64,000 nt of DNA from Rhodospirillaceae bacterium (GCA_002713365.1 PASR01000012.1:9848-73847), one strand, 5' to 3'. Shown: positions 40,197 to 51,413, numbered from the stretch's first letter. Numbers and translations are program-made. Notes: generated by a model not told the origin, from the sequence alone.

Positions 40197-41228
40197 GTGA
40201 TAGCTTCAACTGGTACTACTCATGACTGGGAAGTTAGTAAACTTGATTTATTTTATCGCTTGATTAGTCTGACTACGGTCAGTATCGGGTTTCTATTTCT
40301 ATTTAATAATTATTTAATTTTTTGGCGTGGCTGGCCTGGGATTATTAATCTCTTTGCAACAAAAGGGTGGTTTAGTCTCGAAGAACTGCAGAAACCTCTT
40401 ACCTCAGAAGCAATCAATTTAGGATGGCTGCAATTATCAAGTTATATATTAGTTATAATTTTAGTTATTACTTATATATACTTTACAAGAGATGACTATC
40501 TACGTTCTGACGCAAAAAAACTATCATCACTATCGGCATATATTATTAGGTCCGCCTTCTGGGCGGTATTAATAATTGGATTAACAGATAGTATCATCTC
40601 GTTTTTACGTGTTGAGGACTTACTAGATTCAGTAGTCGGAGATAATATGGCTAAAAATTTGGGTATATCACGTTACCGTGGAACATATATTCATTATCCG
40701 ATTATAGGTTTATCTTTTATAATAGCATATTTTATTAAATCACTTGGATTTACATGGTTAGCAATTCTAGTTGTTCTAGCTGAATTTCAAATAGTAATTG
40801 TAAGGTTTATATTTTCATATGAACAAGCGTTTCTAGGTGATCTTGTGCGCTTTTGGTATGCAGCACTTTTCTTATTTGCCAGCGCATACACCTTAATTGA
40901 AGAAGGGCATGTAAGAGTTGACGTCCTTTATGCAGGGTTTTCCGCGCGTCGCAAGGCATTGGTTAATGCTTTAGGTTCATTATTACTTGGTATTCCTCTT
41001 TGCTGGATTATATTAGCTCTAGGTATGTGGGGAAAAGCAACAATAATAAACAGCCCATTACTTGCATTTGAAATGACTCAAAGCGGATTTGGATTATATG
41101 TAAAATATCTAATGGCCGGTTTTCTTGCAGTATATGCCATCACAATGATGATTCAATTTGCAAGCTACTTTTTATCAAACATTGCAATTTTTCGAAATGA
41201 ACCAAATCAAATATCGATAGAAAATTAA
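40197..41228 (+). CDS. dctQ: TRAP transporter small permease (DctQ family) with extra N-terminal membrane domain
   Basis: 343 aa. The DctQ signature ...EEGHVRVDVLY... sits in the C-terminal half, preceded by about 150 aa of extra hydrophobic segments. Confidence 0.75.
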   Translation: MIASTGTTHDWEVSKLDLFYRLISLTTVSIGFLFLFNNYLIFWRGWPGIINLFATKGWFSLEELQKPLTSEAINLGWLQLSSYILVIILVITYIYFTRDDYLRSDAKKLSSLSAYIIRSAFWAVLIIGLTDSIISFLRVEDLLDSVVGDNMAKNLGISRYRGTYIHYPIIGLSFIIAYFIKSLGFTWLAILVVLAEFQIVIVRFIFSYEQAFLGDLVRFWYAALFLFASAYTLIEEGHVRVDVLYAGFSARRKALVNALGSLLLGIPLCWIILALGMWGKATIINSPLLAFEMTQSGFGLYVKYLMAGFLAVYAITMMIQFASYFLSNIAIFRNEPNQISIEN

Positions 41229-41289
41229 TGTATCAAATATTTTTAATTTATAAAACTTATACGACAATAATTGAATTGTTTCGAATATA

Positions 41290-43956
41290 ATGGAACTTTT
41301 TTTCCTAGCATTACTTGTTTTATCGATGGCAGGAGCTTTAGCTGTTGGCTTCCCTGTAGCCTTTGCTTTACCTGGTTCAGCAATACTAACAATAGGTGCC
41401 GCATCAATTGCAGGCTTTATTTTTACTGGTGACGTAAGCTCTTATTTTTCTCAAGACGGTCCAATTCAATGGCTTACTGCCGGAGTTACTAACTTTAGAG
41501 GAGTATATTGGGAAGTTGAAAGAGATACCTTAATAGCTGTTCCTTTATTTGTATTCATGGGAATAATGCTTCAACGTTCAAAAATTGCAGAAGATTTATT
41601 AGTTACAATGGCCCAATTATTTGGTCCAGTGCCTGGTGGACTTGGTATATCTGTAGTTTTAGTTGGAGCTTTACTGGCGGCCACCACAGGAATTCTTGGC
41701 GCTACGGTAGTAGCTATGGGTTTAATTTCTTTACCTGCAATGCTACGAAACAATTACTCAAAATCGTTGGCATCTGGCACTATAGCAGCAGCTGGCACTC
41801 TTGGACAAATTATCCCCCCGTCTATTGTATTAATTATACTCGCCGACCAACTATCAAATGCAACAGATCAGGCGGCTACTTTACGATGGATTGAATATAA
41901 AAACGCCACTGGAAAATCTCTACTACCTAATGAGTTTGGAATAACTTCGACAAGTGCTGGAGATATGTTTTTGGGAGCTCTTCTGCCTGGGATTGTGCTG
42001 GTAGGACTTTACGTTAGTTATATACTCATTACAGCATTAGTTAGACCAAAAATGGCTCCGCCTATCCCGTCAGAAGAGAAATTTAATTTACGTTTTGGTA
42101 TTAAAGTAGTTCTGGCCTTGGTACCACCTCTTACATTGATCTTAGCAGTTCTCGGTTCAATTATTATGGGAGTCGCTACAGTAAACCAGGCTGGTGCTAT
42201 TGGTGCTATTGGAGCAATGATAATGGCTGGATATCGTTTGATGGAAGGCAAACGAAGAGCATTCACTCCTGCAATAATTGCTATATTATCAATTATAGCT
42301 ATTCTAATTTTATTAAATCAATTTGATCTAAATATTAAAAATATTAGTAATAATAGGGATTTGATTGGTGTCTCATTAGCAATACTAGCTGTTATTGCAC
42401 TTCTAATATCCGTAGCCTGGAGTACCTGGCGTACTATCAAAATTAATGACACCCTTTTGGGTGTAATGATAGAAACCGCAAAAACAACATCAATGGTTTT
42501 TATAATACTCTTAGGTGCGGCCATGTTAACGGCAGCATTTCGCAGTTTTGGAGGCGAGGAATTAGTTAAAGAATTTCTTACCAGCTTACCTGGCGGTTTC
42601 TGGGCGCAATTTATTGTTGTAATGGCAGTTATATTTTTTCTGGGTTTCTTTTTAGACTTTATAGAAATAGCAGTAGTAGTTGTCCCTATCGTCGCTCCTA
42701 TACTTTTGTCAGATCCCGCGGCGAATGTAACCGCAGTATGGCTGGGGGTAATGATAGGTGTAAACATGCAAACCTCTTTCCTAACCCCCCCATTTGGTTT
42801 TGCACTTTTCTACCTAAGAGGTGTTGCTTCCATTGAAGTAAAAACAACCGATATATATAAAGGTGTTATCGCGTTTATAATTCTACAATTAGTGGGTTTA
42901 GGTATTGTGGGTGTGTTTCCAAGCTTAGTAAACTTTCTACCTAATCAAGCGTTTTTGAACTCTGATACAGCACCACCTCCAAAAAATAGAAGACTACAAA
43001 TATGCATGGAAGAATATTTATATGAATGGTATCAAGAAAATACTGTATTTCTTAGATCTGAAATACAAATTGCTAAAAATATAGATATTAGTTACTTACC
43101 AGAGAAACGACTACAGGAACTTAATAAAAGCTTTTTGTATGCAGAAAAAACTTTCAATTTATTTGAAAATATTTTTGAGGCAAAAGAACAAGTTATTAAA
43201 GCAACTCCTGAATATAGACCAATACATAAATTAGCTCGTAAACAGGAAAAAATAATAAGAAATATAGATAAAGAAATAGAAAATCTTAATAATGAGATTC
43301 GTAGAATTAAACGATCCGAATCATCTTCTGAATCAACCACAAAAGAATTTGAAGAAAGATTGTATTACCTTGAAGAAAAGAAAGCAGAAGAAAAAGCAAA
43401 AATACCTAATGACTGGAATACAATTAGAAAAGAATTTGCTAGTCATTTGAATAAAGAAAAACAAGCTAGAAGAATATATAGACAGAATGTAGATAAAGCA
43501 TATCAACCCGTCATGAAATATATTTTATTGGCAAAATCAGGGGATTCACTAAACCAGATTCGTGACGAAATGCTTCATGTTCGTAACTTAGTAAGACATG
43601 GTTCAGTGAAAGAAATTAAAGCAGCTATTAAAAATACACGGATAAAACTTACAAAATCTGCTCCTGATACAAATTCCATAAGTAGATTACTAACAAAAGC
43701 TTCTCGAGTTTTAAAAACAAATAATAAAAGTCGTCAAAAATCTACTAAATATATAGATGAAGCAGTTGAGATATACTTAAATGAAGTAAAATGGCGATCA
43801 AGAGCTTCTTTAGAACTATATGAAAATTTAAACATATATAATGAAGCAATTAAAAGCTCTATTGGATTAAGATTACAAGACCGTTTACCGTCAACTGTAG
43901 CCAACAGTATAGCAATATGTCGCTCAACACATCGCGACATTTCACTAAATTTTTAA
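41290..43956 (+). CDS. dctM: TRAP transporter large permease (DctM family) fused to a ~320-aa charged coiled-coil C-terminal domain
   Basis: 888-aa single ORF. The DctM-like membrane domain (MELFFLALLVLSMAGALAVGFPVAFALPG ... LVNFLPNQAF) is followed from about residue 565 by a K/E/R-rich, predicted coiled-coil extension (EIENLNNEIRRIKRSE..., EERLYYLEEKKAEEKAK...). Confidence 0.8.
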   Translation: MELFFLALLVLSMAGALAVGFPVAFALPGSAILTIGAASIAGFIFTGDVSSYFSQDGPIQWLTAGVTNFRGVYWEVERDTLIAVPLFVFMGIMLQRSKIAEDLLVTMAQLFGPVPGGLGISVVLVGALLAATTGILGATVVAMGLISLPAMLRNNYSKSLASGTIAAAGTLGQIIPPSIVLIILADQLSNATDQAATLRWIEYKNATGKSLLPNEFGITSTSAGDMFLGALLPGIVLVGLYVSYILITALVRPKMAPPIPSEEKFNLRFGIKVVLALVPPLTLILAVLGSIIMGVATVNQAGAIGAIGAMIMAGYRLMEGKRRAFTPAIIAILSIIAILILLNQFDLNIKNISNNRDLIGVSLAILAVIALLISVAWSTWRTIKINDTLLGVMIETAKTTSMVFIILLGAAMLTAAFRSFGGEELVKEFLTSLPGGFWAQFIVVMAVIFFLGFFLDFIEIAVVVVPIVAPILLSDPAANVTAVWLGVMIGVNMQTSFLTPPFGFALFYLRGVASIEVKTTDIYKGVIAFIILQLVGLGIVGVFPSLVNFLPNQAFLNSDTAPPPKNRRLQICMEEYLYEWYQENTVFLRSEIQIAKNIDISYLPEKRLQELNKSFLYAEKTFNLFENIFEAKEQVIKATPEYRPIHKLARKQEKIIRNIDKEIENLNNEIRRIKRSESSSESTTKEFEERLYYLEEKKAEEKAKIPNDWNTIRKEFASHLNKEKQARRIYRQNVDKAYQPVMKYILLAKSGDSLNQIRDEMLHVRNLVRHGSVKEIKAAIKNTRIKLTKSAPDTNSISRLLTKASRVLKTNNKSRQKSTKYIDEAVEIYLNEVKWRSRASLELYENLNIYNEAIKSSIGLRLQDRLPSTVANSIAICRSTHRDISLNF

Positions 43957-44010
43957 ATAATTCTACAGTCTGTAAACTAATAGCCCAAGTAAATTATACA
44001 AGCTATTATT

Positions 44011-44643
44011 CTATTTAAACCTAGGTAATAAACGCCAAACGTACGGAAAAATAATGGCGGCCAAAGCTAACTTTAGTATATCTCCGATTATAAATGGCAA
44101 TAGTCCCTTTGTAAGTGCAGCACCAATTGCTGTACTAGCTCCAATTGCAGCAACATACTGACTTCCAGGTCCTTCAAAGAAAATTGTTAACCATATTAAT
44201 CCCGGAATATATATAGCTAGATTACCAAGTAACATTGCTAATCCGGTATACCAAACGTTCCTATCCCATTTTTTTTCTGCAAGATATCCAGTAATTGCTG
44301 CCGCAAATACAAATCCGACTAAATAACCGCTGGTCGGTCCAGCTAAACCAGATTTGCCTCCAGCAAAAACCGGTAATCCGAGATGCCCTTCTAATAAGTA
44401 TAATAAAAGAGTTAGTCCACCCAGACGAAAACCAAAGGCCATCCCGACAACTAAAACACCAAATGTTTGACCGGTTATAGGTACCGGCCAGATAGGCACC
44501 TGTACTTGCGCTAACAGAGCAATAAATAAGCTTCCTAGTAGCGCCATAATTAAAGTACGTAGGAGACGATATGGTATAGAAATATTATTTTCTGGCCACA
44601 CGACAGAAAGTAAAGTTGGTTGTATTTCCGCTATTCTGGGCAT
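44011..44643 (-). CDS. bioY: Biotin transporter BioY (ECF S-component)
   Basis: ...LLGSLFIALLAQVQVPIWPVPITGQTFGVLVVGMAFG... is the BioY signature. The ORF track extends to 44673. Confidence 0.8.
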   Translation of the reverse strand: MPRIAEIQPTLLSVVWPENNISIPYRLLRTLIMALLGSLFIALLAQVQVPIWPVPITGQTFGVLVVGMAFGFRLGGLTLLLYLLEGHLGLPVFAGGKSGLAGPTSGYLVGFVFAAAITGYLAEKKWDRNVWYTGLAMLLGNLAIYIPGLIWLTIFFEGPGSQYVAAIGASTAIGAALTKGLLPFIIGDILKLALAAIIFPYVWRLLPRFK

Positions 44644-44722
44644 TTGATAGGTCCTTTTAAATCTGCAACGCAATCTTATAAATTAGATAATAATTATTAA
44701 AATGGTAGTTTGTATATATATT

Positions 44723-46969
44723 TTATAATTTATTTGTTCGAGGAAAACCAGTTGGTGGGAGTCGTCCAGCTTGTGCTCTCTTCCCTTCCCATTTAATTAT
44801 TTCTTCTCTTTCAAATTTACGTTTTCTCGAACCTGTTCTAACAGTTAACCCTTCTTCTAATGTAAATATTTTTGCTGAACTTAAGCCACCTTTAGAGTAA
44901 CTCTGCAATTTAATACCCCTTCCCCGGGTCATTATAGGTAGATCAGATGTTGGAAATACAAGTAGTTTTCTATTCTCACCAATTACAGCAAGACGATCAC
45001 CGTCACACTGGACGCATATCTTTGCCTTTACATTTCCATGTATATTTAATACTTGCTTACCCGATCTCGTTTGGGCAATTACATCTTTTTCCAAAACAAC
45101 GAATCCTCTACCATCACTTGATGCAATAAATAACTTCTTATCTATATTATGAACTATTAGCGCTAAAATACTGTTATCATTGCCTAAATCAATCATAAGA
45201 TTTAGTGGCTCTCCATGACCTCGGCCACCAGGCAACTTATCAACACCAATTGTATAAAACCTTCCATTAGAAGCAAAGACAAGTAACTTATCAGTAGTTT
45301 CTGCATTTATGACAAAACTTCCACTATCCCCTTCTTTGTATTTTAAGGACTCATGGTCAATATTATGTCCTTTAATACAGCGTATCCAATTCTTTTGTGA
45401 GCAAACCACAGTTACCTGCTCACGTTCTATAGTGGCTTCCAGAGGTATGTGAATTAAATCTTGGGGGACACTTACTAATGTTTTTCTAATGCCATTTTCT
45501 GACTTATATCCATATTTTTTCTTTAAATCAGAAATTTCTGAACTTAGATAATCTATCCTAGCTTTACGATTATTTAATATTTGTTTTAGTTGCTTCTGAT
45601 CTATTTTAAGAGATGCAATTTCTTTTTTTATAGCCACTTCTTCGAGTTTTCGTAATGAACGTAAACGCATATTTAATATTGCATCAGCTTGAATATCATT
45701 TAATTTCCAACGATTCTTCATTTCAAGTTTAGGATTATCATCCTCACGAATAATTTCTATTACCTCATCTAAATTAAGGTAAACAATTATATAACCCTCA
45801 AGAACTTTTAGACGTTCATGAATCTTATTTAGTTTAAAATCAGTCCTCCTAACCAATACATCAAGTCTATGATCAATATAGGCTTGCAGCACCTCCCTCA
45901 AAGACATAACTCGAGGTGTCTGATTAGAATCAATCACGTTCATATTCATACTAAAACGTGTTTCTAAATCAGTTAGACGAAACAAACTTTCCATTAGTAT
46001 TTCAGGATTAACGTTTCTATTTTTTGGCTCTAAAACTAGACGTATATCTTCAGCTGACTCATCACGAACATCTCCTAAAAACACTAACTTACGGTTATGA
46101 ATTAAATCTGCTATACGCTCAGTTAAACGTGATTTCTGAACTAGATAGGGAATCTCGCTTACTATGATTTGGTACTGTCCTCTGCCTAGGTCCTCAATCT
46201 CCCACTTTGCTCGGACACGAAAATTCCCTCTCCCAGTTTTATATGTTTCAGTAATACTTTCACTATCCTCAATTAATATGCCACCTGTAGGGAAATCTGG
46301 TCCCGGCATAAAGCTAATTAGTTTTTCAATCGATGCATTTGGTGTTTTCAGTAGATATAAGAGAGAATCGCATATCTCACTTAAATTATGAGGGGGAATA
46401 CTAGACGCCATACCAACAGCAATTCCACTAGCTCCATTAGCTAATAGGTTAGGAAAGTTTGCAGGAAGAACTATAGGTTCTGTTGAGTCTCCATCATAAG
46501 TATCTCGAAAATTGACAGCATCATCATCTATACCATCCAGCAGGGCTACAGCAATTTCAGTTAATCGAGATTCAGTATAACGCATAGCAGCTGCATTATC
46601 ACCGTCTACATTTCCGAAATTCCCTTGACCATCAATTAACGGATATCTTACTGAAAAATCTTGAGCTAACCTCACAAGAGCGTCATATATTGCTTGATCG
46701 CCATGTGGATGAAATTTACCCATAACATCACCCACCACCCGCGCACACTTTTTATAGCCTTGCTCCGGATCTAATCTCAATTGCATCATCGCATATAATA
46801 ATCTCCGATGAACGGGCTTCAATCCATCGCGTACATCAGGAAGCGATCTAGACATAATAGTTGACACAGCATAACTAAGATATCTTTCACCGAGAGCGTC
46901 CTTAAACGGCTCCTCACGAATAGATCCAGAAATAGTATTATTAGACATATATAAACACTCCAACCGCAA
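44723..46969 (-). CDS. parC: DNA topoisomerase IV subunit A
   Basis: 748 aa: ...[29 protein letters not shown]... Length fits ParC rather than GyrA. Confidence 0.85.
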   Translation of the reverse strand: MRLECLYMSNNTISGSIREEPFKDALGERYLSYAVSTIMSRSLPDVRDGLKPVHRRLLYAMMQLRLDPEQGYKKCARVVGDVMGKFHPHGDQAIYDALVRLAQDFSVRYPLIDGQGNFGNVDGDNAAAMRYTESRLTEIAVALLDGIDDDAVNFRDTYDGDSTEPIVLPANFPNLLANGASGIAVGMASSIPPHNLSEICDSLLYLLKTPNASIEKLISFMPGPDFPTGGILIEDSESITETYKTGRGNFRVRAKWEIEDLGRGQYQIIVSEIPYLVQKSRLTERIADLIHNRKLVFLGDVRDESAEDIRLVLEPKNRNVNPEILMESLFRLTDLETRFSMNMNVIDSNQTPRVMSLREVLQAYIDHRLDVLVRRTDFKLNKIHERLKVLEGYIIVYLNLDEVIEIIREDDNPKLEMKNRWKLNDIQADAILNMRLRSLRKLEEVAIKKEIASLKIDQKQLKQILNNRKARIDYLSSEISDLKKKYGYKSENGIRKTLVSVPQDLIHIPLEATIEREQVTVVCSQKNWIRCIKGHNIDHESLKYKEGDSGSFVINAETTDKLLVFASNGRFYTIGVDKLPGGRGHGEPLNLMIDLGNDNSILALIVHNIDKKLFIASSDGRGFVVLEKDVIAQTRSGKQVLNIHGNVKAKICVQCDGDRLAVIGENRKLLVFPTSDLPIMTRGRGIKLQSYSKGGLSSAKIFTLEEGLTVRTGSRKRKFEREEIIKWEGKRAQAGRLPPTGFPRTNKL

Positions 46970-47007
46970 TATATAGTGGTTAGAGAACCTTTTAAAACAA
47001 TTTATAG

Positions 47008-47772
47008 TTATTTGTCACATAGCAAATTAGTTTTAAAGCTATTATCCATAAAATTTATTAGACGTTCTCTAGCGCCTGGTGTTTTACGGTTAAGCTGATT
47101 AAATACATGTTGAGTTAAAAAATAGCCCGTTAATCTTAAGCCATCTTTGATATCAGATTCTGATATTTTTAAATTATCGGCATGACTATTAAGAAGAAAA
47201 GAAGGTAATGGTAATAACTTAGTGTGGTATTCTAATCCCGCCCCTTTAGAAACGGCACGCCCAGTTTTGGGACTCACATAGGTTAAATTAGTTTTTACTC
47301 CGGTTGCAGCACAGGCAAACAAGTCTAAGCCAAAACCAATCTCTTTTAACAAACCAAGTTCCCAATGCACATATACGACTGGCCATATATCTTCATCATT
47401 ATTAATGAGGCTATCCATAAGGACACGTGTTGCATTAAATACCTCTGGATAAACTTGTCGCTCGGGTAAAACCACCTCCGCAACTGCACAAGCTGAAGAT
47501 AAAGCTAATAATTTTCCTGGATCATTTAAAAATAAGGATGAATATGATTTTATAATCTCTAATTTAACTCTTCCTAAATGCTCGGGTAATCTCCCACGCC
47601 AGGTTGCCTCCACAAAATTACCTGGCTCTGTCAGGCCTCTTTTACTTGATGACGCATGTCCATTTATTAAACCAGCATGACGTCCATGTTTAAGAGTTAG
47701 TAATTGTACAACTGCCGAGTTTTCGCCATGCCTACGAGCTCCTAGTACAATTGCTTTATCGGTCCAGTCCAT
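47008..47772 (-). CDS. recO: DNA repair protein RecO
   Basis: 254 aa, in the conserved position after era. Confidence 0.8.
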   Translation of the reverse strand: MDWTDKAIVLGARRHGENSAVVQLLTLKHGRHAGLINGHASSSKRGLTEPGNFVEATWRGRLPEHLGRVKLEIIKSYSSLFLNDPGKLLALSSACAVAEVVLPERQVYPEVFNATRVLMDSLINNDEDIWPVVYVHWELGLLKEIGFGLDLFACAATGVKTNLTYVSPKTGRAVSKGAGLEYHTKLLPLPSFLLNSHADNLKISESDIKDGLRLTGYFLTQHVFNQLNRKTPGARERLINFMDNSFKTNLLCDK

Positions 47773-47799
47773 ATTATTTAAATTATGTTGAGCATATTA

Positions 47800-48702
47800 T
47801 TAAGCATCAAAACGTAGACCCCATTCTCTATAACGGCCTGGTTCGTTTATCCAGTTTGCACTTACTTTAACATGTAAGAATAGATGCACCTTTGTCTCAA
47901 ACAAATCAGAGAGTTCTCTCTGAGATTCCATACGTATCCTTTTGATTGTTTTACCCCCACTGCCAAGAACGATACCTTTTTGTGATTCCCTTTGGACATA
48001 AATTACCTGTTCGATTCTAATGCTATTATCTTTTAGTTCTTTCCAATTATCATTATCAACAGCTACTGAATAAGGTAATTCCTGATGCAAATAAAGATAA
48101 ACCTTTTCCCTTGTAATCTCCGACGCTAAAAGCCTTTGAGGTAAATCAGATAGTTGATCATCTGGAAACAACCATGGCCCAGCTGGCATACGTGTTGCTA
48201 TAGTTGTTTGAAGTTCTGAGACGCCCTCACCATTTAAGGCAGAAACCATAAATATTTCATTAATTTTTGTTTCATATTTAAGTTCATCAATTAGTCTCAA
48301 TAGTAATTCACGTTTCAAGTTATCTATTTTATTTAACACTATATATATTTGGCATTCTCTTTTAGAGAGTTTATCTATTATCGATTTTATATTTGCTCCA
48401 ATTCCACGAATTGAATCAATAACAAGTAAGACTATATCCGCTTCTTCAGCCCCTACCCAGGCAGCATCAACCATAGCTCGTTCAAGTCTTCTTTGGGGAG
48501 CGAATATTCCTGGAGTATCAACGTAAATTATTTGAGTTAAATCTAAAATAGAAATAGCTCTGATTCTACTTCGTGTCGTTTGAACCTTGTGTGTAACAAT
48601 AGAGACTTTACTGCCAATAAATTTATTTACTAGAGTAGATTTACCAGCATTGGTAGGACCAATAACAGCAACGATTCCACATCTAGTGGGTTTTATTGTC
48701 AT
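47800..48702 (-). CDS. era: GTPase Era
   Basis: CGIVAVIGPTNAGKSTL (G1), DTPG (G3), NKID (G4), C-terminal KH domain. I started it at the internal Met (MTIKP). Confidence 0.9.
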   Translation of the reverse strand: MTIKPTRCGIVAVIGPTNAGKSTLVNKFIGSKVSIVTHKVQTTRSRIRAISILDLTQIIYVDTPGIFAPQRRLERAMVDAAWVGAEEADIVLLVIDSIRGIGANIKSIIDKLSKRECQIYIVLNKIDNLKRELLLRLIDELKYETKINEIFMVSALNGEGVSELQTTIATRMPAGPWLFPDDQLSDLPQRLLASEITREKVYLYLHQELPYSVAVDNDNWKELKDNSIRIEQVIYVQRESQKGIVLGSGGKTIKRIRMESQRELSDLFETKVHLFLHVKVSANWINEPGRYREWGLRFDA

Positions 48703-49360
48703 GTGAAACCCCCAACTCAAATAATAAATTGTGAGCAGCTTTCTGTTCAGCTGATTGTTTATTATTACCTTTAGCTGTAGAATTTCCTAGCCGAGGAACG
48801 TTCACCATGACAGTAAATATGGGTTCATGATCAGGCCCTTCTCTAGTCACTTCTGTATAAATAGGTATCCCAGCTCCCTTTGATTGACTCAATTCTTGTA
48901 GTGCTGTCTTCGAGTCTTGGGGTGGAATACCTAGCGTTTTAACCAAAGGCTCCCAGAACTTATAAATAAACTTTTTTACTACAGGAAATCCACCATCTAA
49001 ATACAATGCAGCAATAATTGCCTCCATAGTATCAGCCATAATACTATTATTGACTTTTACCCCTTTTAAAATAATAAATTTATTAAGTTCGATTCTATAT
49101 CCAATATTAGTCAAAGTATCACCCATTACTAATTGAGAAAATCGACGACCAATATCACCCTCATTATCTAGCGGATATTCATCCAAAAGCATTTTAGCTA
49201 TAACCAATCCCAGGACACGATCACCAAGAAATTCTAATCTTTCATTATTATAATTCAGATCTGAACTGGAATGAGTTAAGGCTTGTTCTAATAATAATTT
49301 ATTAGTAAACTCATGCTCCAAATGTATTAGCAGCACTTCCAAACCTTCATTAAAAGACAT
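48683..49360 (-). CDS. rnc: Ribonuclease III
   Basis: ERLEFLGDRVLGL catalytic signature and a C-terminal dsRBD. Confidence 0.95.
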   Translation of the reverse strand: MSFNEGLEVLLIHLEHEFTNKLLLEQALTHSSSDLNYNNERLEFLGDRVLGLVIAKMLLDEYPLDNEGDIGRRFSQLVMGDTLTNIGYRIELNKFIILKGVKVNNSIMADTMEAIIAALYLDGGFPVVKKFIYKFWEPLVKTLGIPPQDSKTALQELSQSKGAGIPIYTEVTREGPDHEPIFTVMVNVPRLGNSTAKGNNKQSAEQKAAHNLLFELGVSHDNKTH

Positions 49361-50110
49361 TAGTTAATGCTTTGAGTTATTCGTGTAAATCGCGTTGCAC
49401 TTGGCCACATCCATGGCTTAAACCAGCCAGCTGTTCCATCTGTTGAAAAAAATATAAATTCAGCGCGACCAATAAGATTTTGTTGTGGTATGTAACCCCA
49501 ACTGCGACTGTCATTACTATTGTCTCTATTATCCCCCAAAGCAAAATAATGTCCATCAGGAACAATGTATTCTGGAGTATTATCGTAAGGCCCTGTATTA
49601 CCTAAAGATTCTCTAACTTTATAACTTTTACCATTAGGAAGCGTTTCAATGTACTCAGAAGATCTATGATTTTTTCCTGCACGAATTTCTAACTCAGGGT
49701 TTTTGATTTTAATTTTCTTCACAGGCAATCCATTTATATGAAGTAAACCATTTACCACCATGATTCTATCTCCTGGGATTCCAACAATTCGTTTAATAAA
49801 ATCTTCTTTATTTTGTGGAGGATGTCTAAATACAGCTACATCCCCACGTACGGGTTCATTATTTAATATTCTACCTGAAAAAAAAATTCAATCCAAACGG
49901 TATTGAAAATCGACTGTACCCATATGAAAATTTAGATACAAATAGATAATCACCAACCAATAATGTAGGTATCATAGACCCAGATGGAATATTAAAGGGT
50001 TGGTAGGCGACTGATCTTACAAAAAATGCAATTATAAGAGCATAGAGAATTACTCGTATGTTTTCACCAATGCCTCCACGACTTTTATTTTTATCTAATG
50101 GTTTTGCCAT
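49360..50110 (-). pseudogene. lepB: Signal peptidase I (LepB) with a +1 frameshift inside a 9-nt homopolymer (A9 on + strand, 49878-49886)
   Basis: N-terminal ORF (49871..50110: ...PSGSMIPTLLVGDYLFV...) and C-terminal ORF (49360..49761: ...GDNRDNSNDSRSWGY...) are both LepB. The stretch between them is open in the downstream frame (SGRILNNEPVRGDVAVFRHPPQNKEDFIKRIVGIPGDRIMV). Removing one A from the run restores a single 250-aa ORF. Confidence 0.8.
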
Positions 50111-50249
50111 TTTATCAACTTACTTTTATAGAGGTGGTTTAGGCTTAAATGTTATTAAGTTATTCTATTAGGGCTTTTAAATAAATTAAGGTGTGAGTAC
50201 CAGTGAATATTAACATAATTATAAGTTACTAATATTATAGTCCTAGGCA

Positions 50250-50651
50250 TTATATTTCTTTAATAGCAGATATTACCACTATTGCTTGAGCTAAAGGACT
50301 CTCATCAGTAAGCGATAAATCTATTTTAGGCTTCATACCCTTTGGTGTGATTTCATCTAATCTAATAGCTGCCCCGCCAAAAAGTTCCAGAGTAGGTTTA
50401 CCAGATGGCAAGCTAACAACTTCTATATCCCGCCAGTAAACCCCACTTCTAAAACCAGTTCCCAAAGCTTTTGAACAGGCTTCTTTAGCTGCATATCTTT
50501 TTGCATAACTATCTGCACTGTTAGCTCTTTTATTACATTTATTCTGTTCATTTTTTGTAAAACAGCGGTTCATAAAACGTGAACCAAATCGATCAAGAGT
50601 CCGTTCAATTCTCTCTATATCTATTAAATCACTACCTACACCAATTATCAT
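50250..50651 (-). CDS. acpS: Holo-[acyl-carrier-protein] synthase
   Basis: [19 protein letters not shown]... 133 aa. Confidence 0.85.
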   Translation of the reverse strand: MIIGVGSDLIDIERIERTLDRFGSRFMNRCFTKNEQNKCNKRANSADSYAKRYAAKEACSKALGTGFRSGVYWRDIEVVSLPSGKPTLELFGGAAIRLDEITPKGMKPKIDLSLTDESPLAQAIVVISAIKEI

Positions 50652-50657
50652 TCTAAC

Positions 50658-51413
50658 TTAATCCTTTGAGCTTTCACGAGACTTATTTATTAAAAAACGC
50701 ATATGTTTAATGGAATTCTCAAGTCCGATATATATTGATTCACCAATAATAAAATGACCAATATTAAGTTCGATTATTGAAGAAATTGACGCAACTTTAC
50801 CTACCGATTCATATGTTATTCCGTGACCAGCATGAATATCTAAGTCTAAACTACTGCCATGCATAGCAGCTTCACTTATCATTTCAATTAGTTGCTCAGA
50901 GTTATTTTTATGATGATAAGTAACACTATCACAGTATGCACCCGTATGTAATTCGACAGCTGTTGCACCAATAGATTTAGCGGCATTAATTTGGTTAATA
51001 TTTGGTTCTATGAATAACGATACTTTAATACCTTTTTCACGAAGTGATTTAGTAATTCCTGACAAATGGTCTATTTTAGAAATAACGTCTAGACCTCCTT
51101 CGGTAGTTCTTTCCAATCTATTTTCAGGAACTATACAAACAGTATCAGGAGTATGCCTTAAAGCTATATCTAACATTTCGTTAGTGGCGGCCATTTCTAA
51201 TGTAATAGGCTTTTGTATAACATCAGTTAATCGTACAAGATCTAAATCAGAAATATGCCGACGATCTTCACGTAAATGTACAACAATACTATCAGCTCCC
51301 GCTGAAACTGCCATACAAGCAGCCCTAATAGGATCAGGATGACTTCCCCCACGAGCATTTCTAATCGTAGCAACGTGATCTATATTTATGCCTAGTCTTA
51401 GATAACTGGTCAT
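50658..51413 (-). CDS. pdxJ: Pyridoxine 5'-phosphate synthase
   Basis: MTSYLRLGINIDHVATIRNARG... The ORF track extends 10 codons further upstream. Confidence 0.9.
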   Translation of the reverse strand: MTSYLRLGINIDHVATIRNARGGSHPDPIRAACMAVSAGADSIVVHLREDRRHISDLDLVRLTDVIQKPITLEMAATNEMLDIALRHTPDTVCIVPENRLERTTEGGLDVISKIDHLSGITKSLREKGIKVSLFIEPNINQINAAKSIGATAVELHTGAYCDSVTYHHKNNSEQLIEMISEAAMHGSSLDLDIHAGHGITYESVGKVASISSIIELNIGHFIIGESIYIGLENSIKHMRFLINKSRESSKD

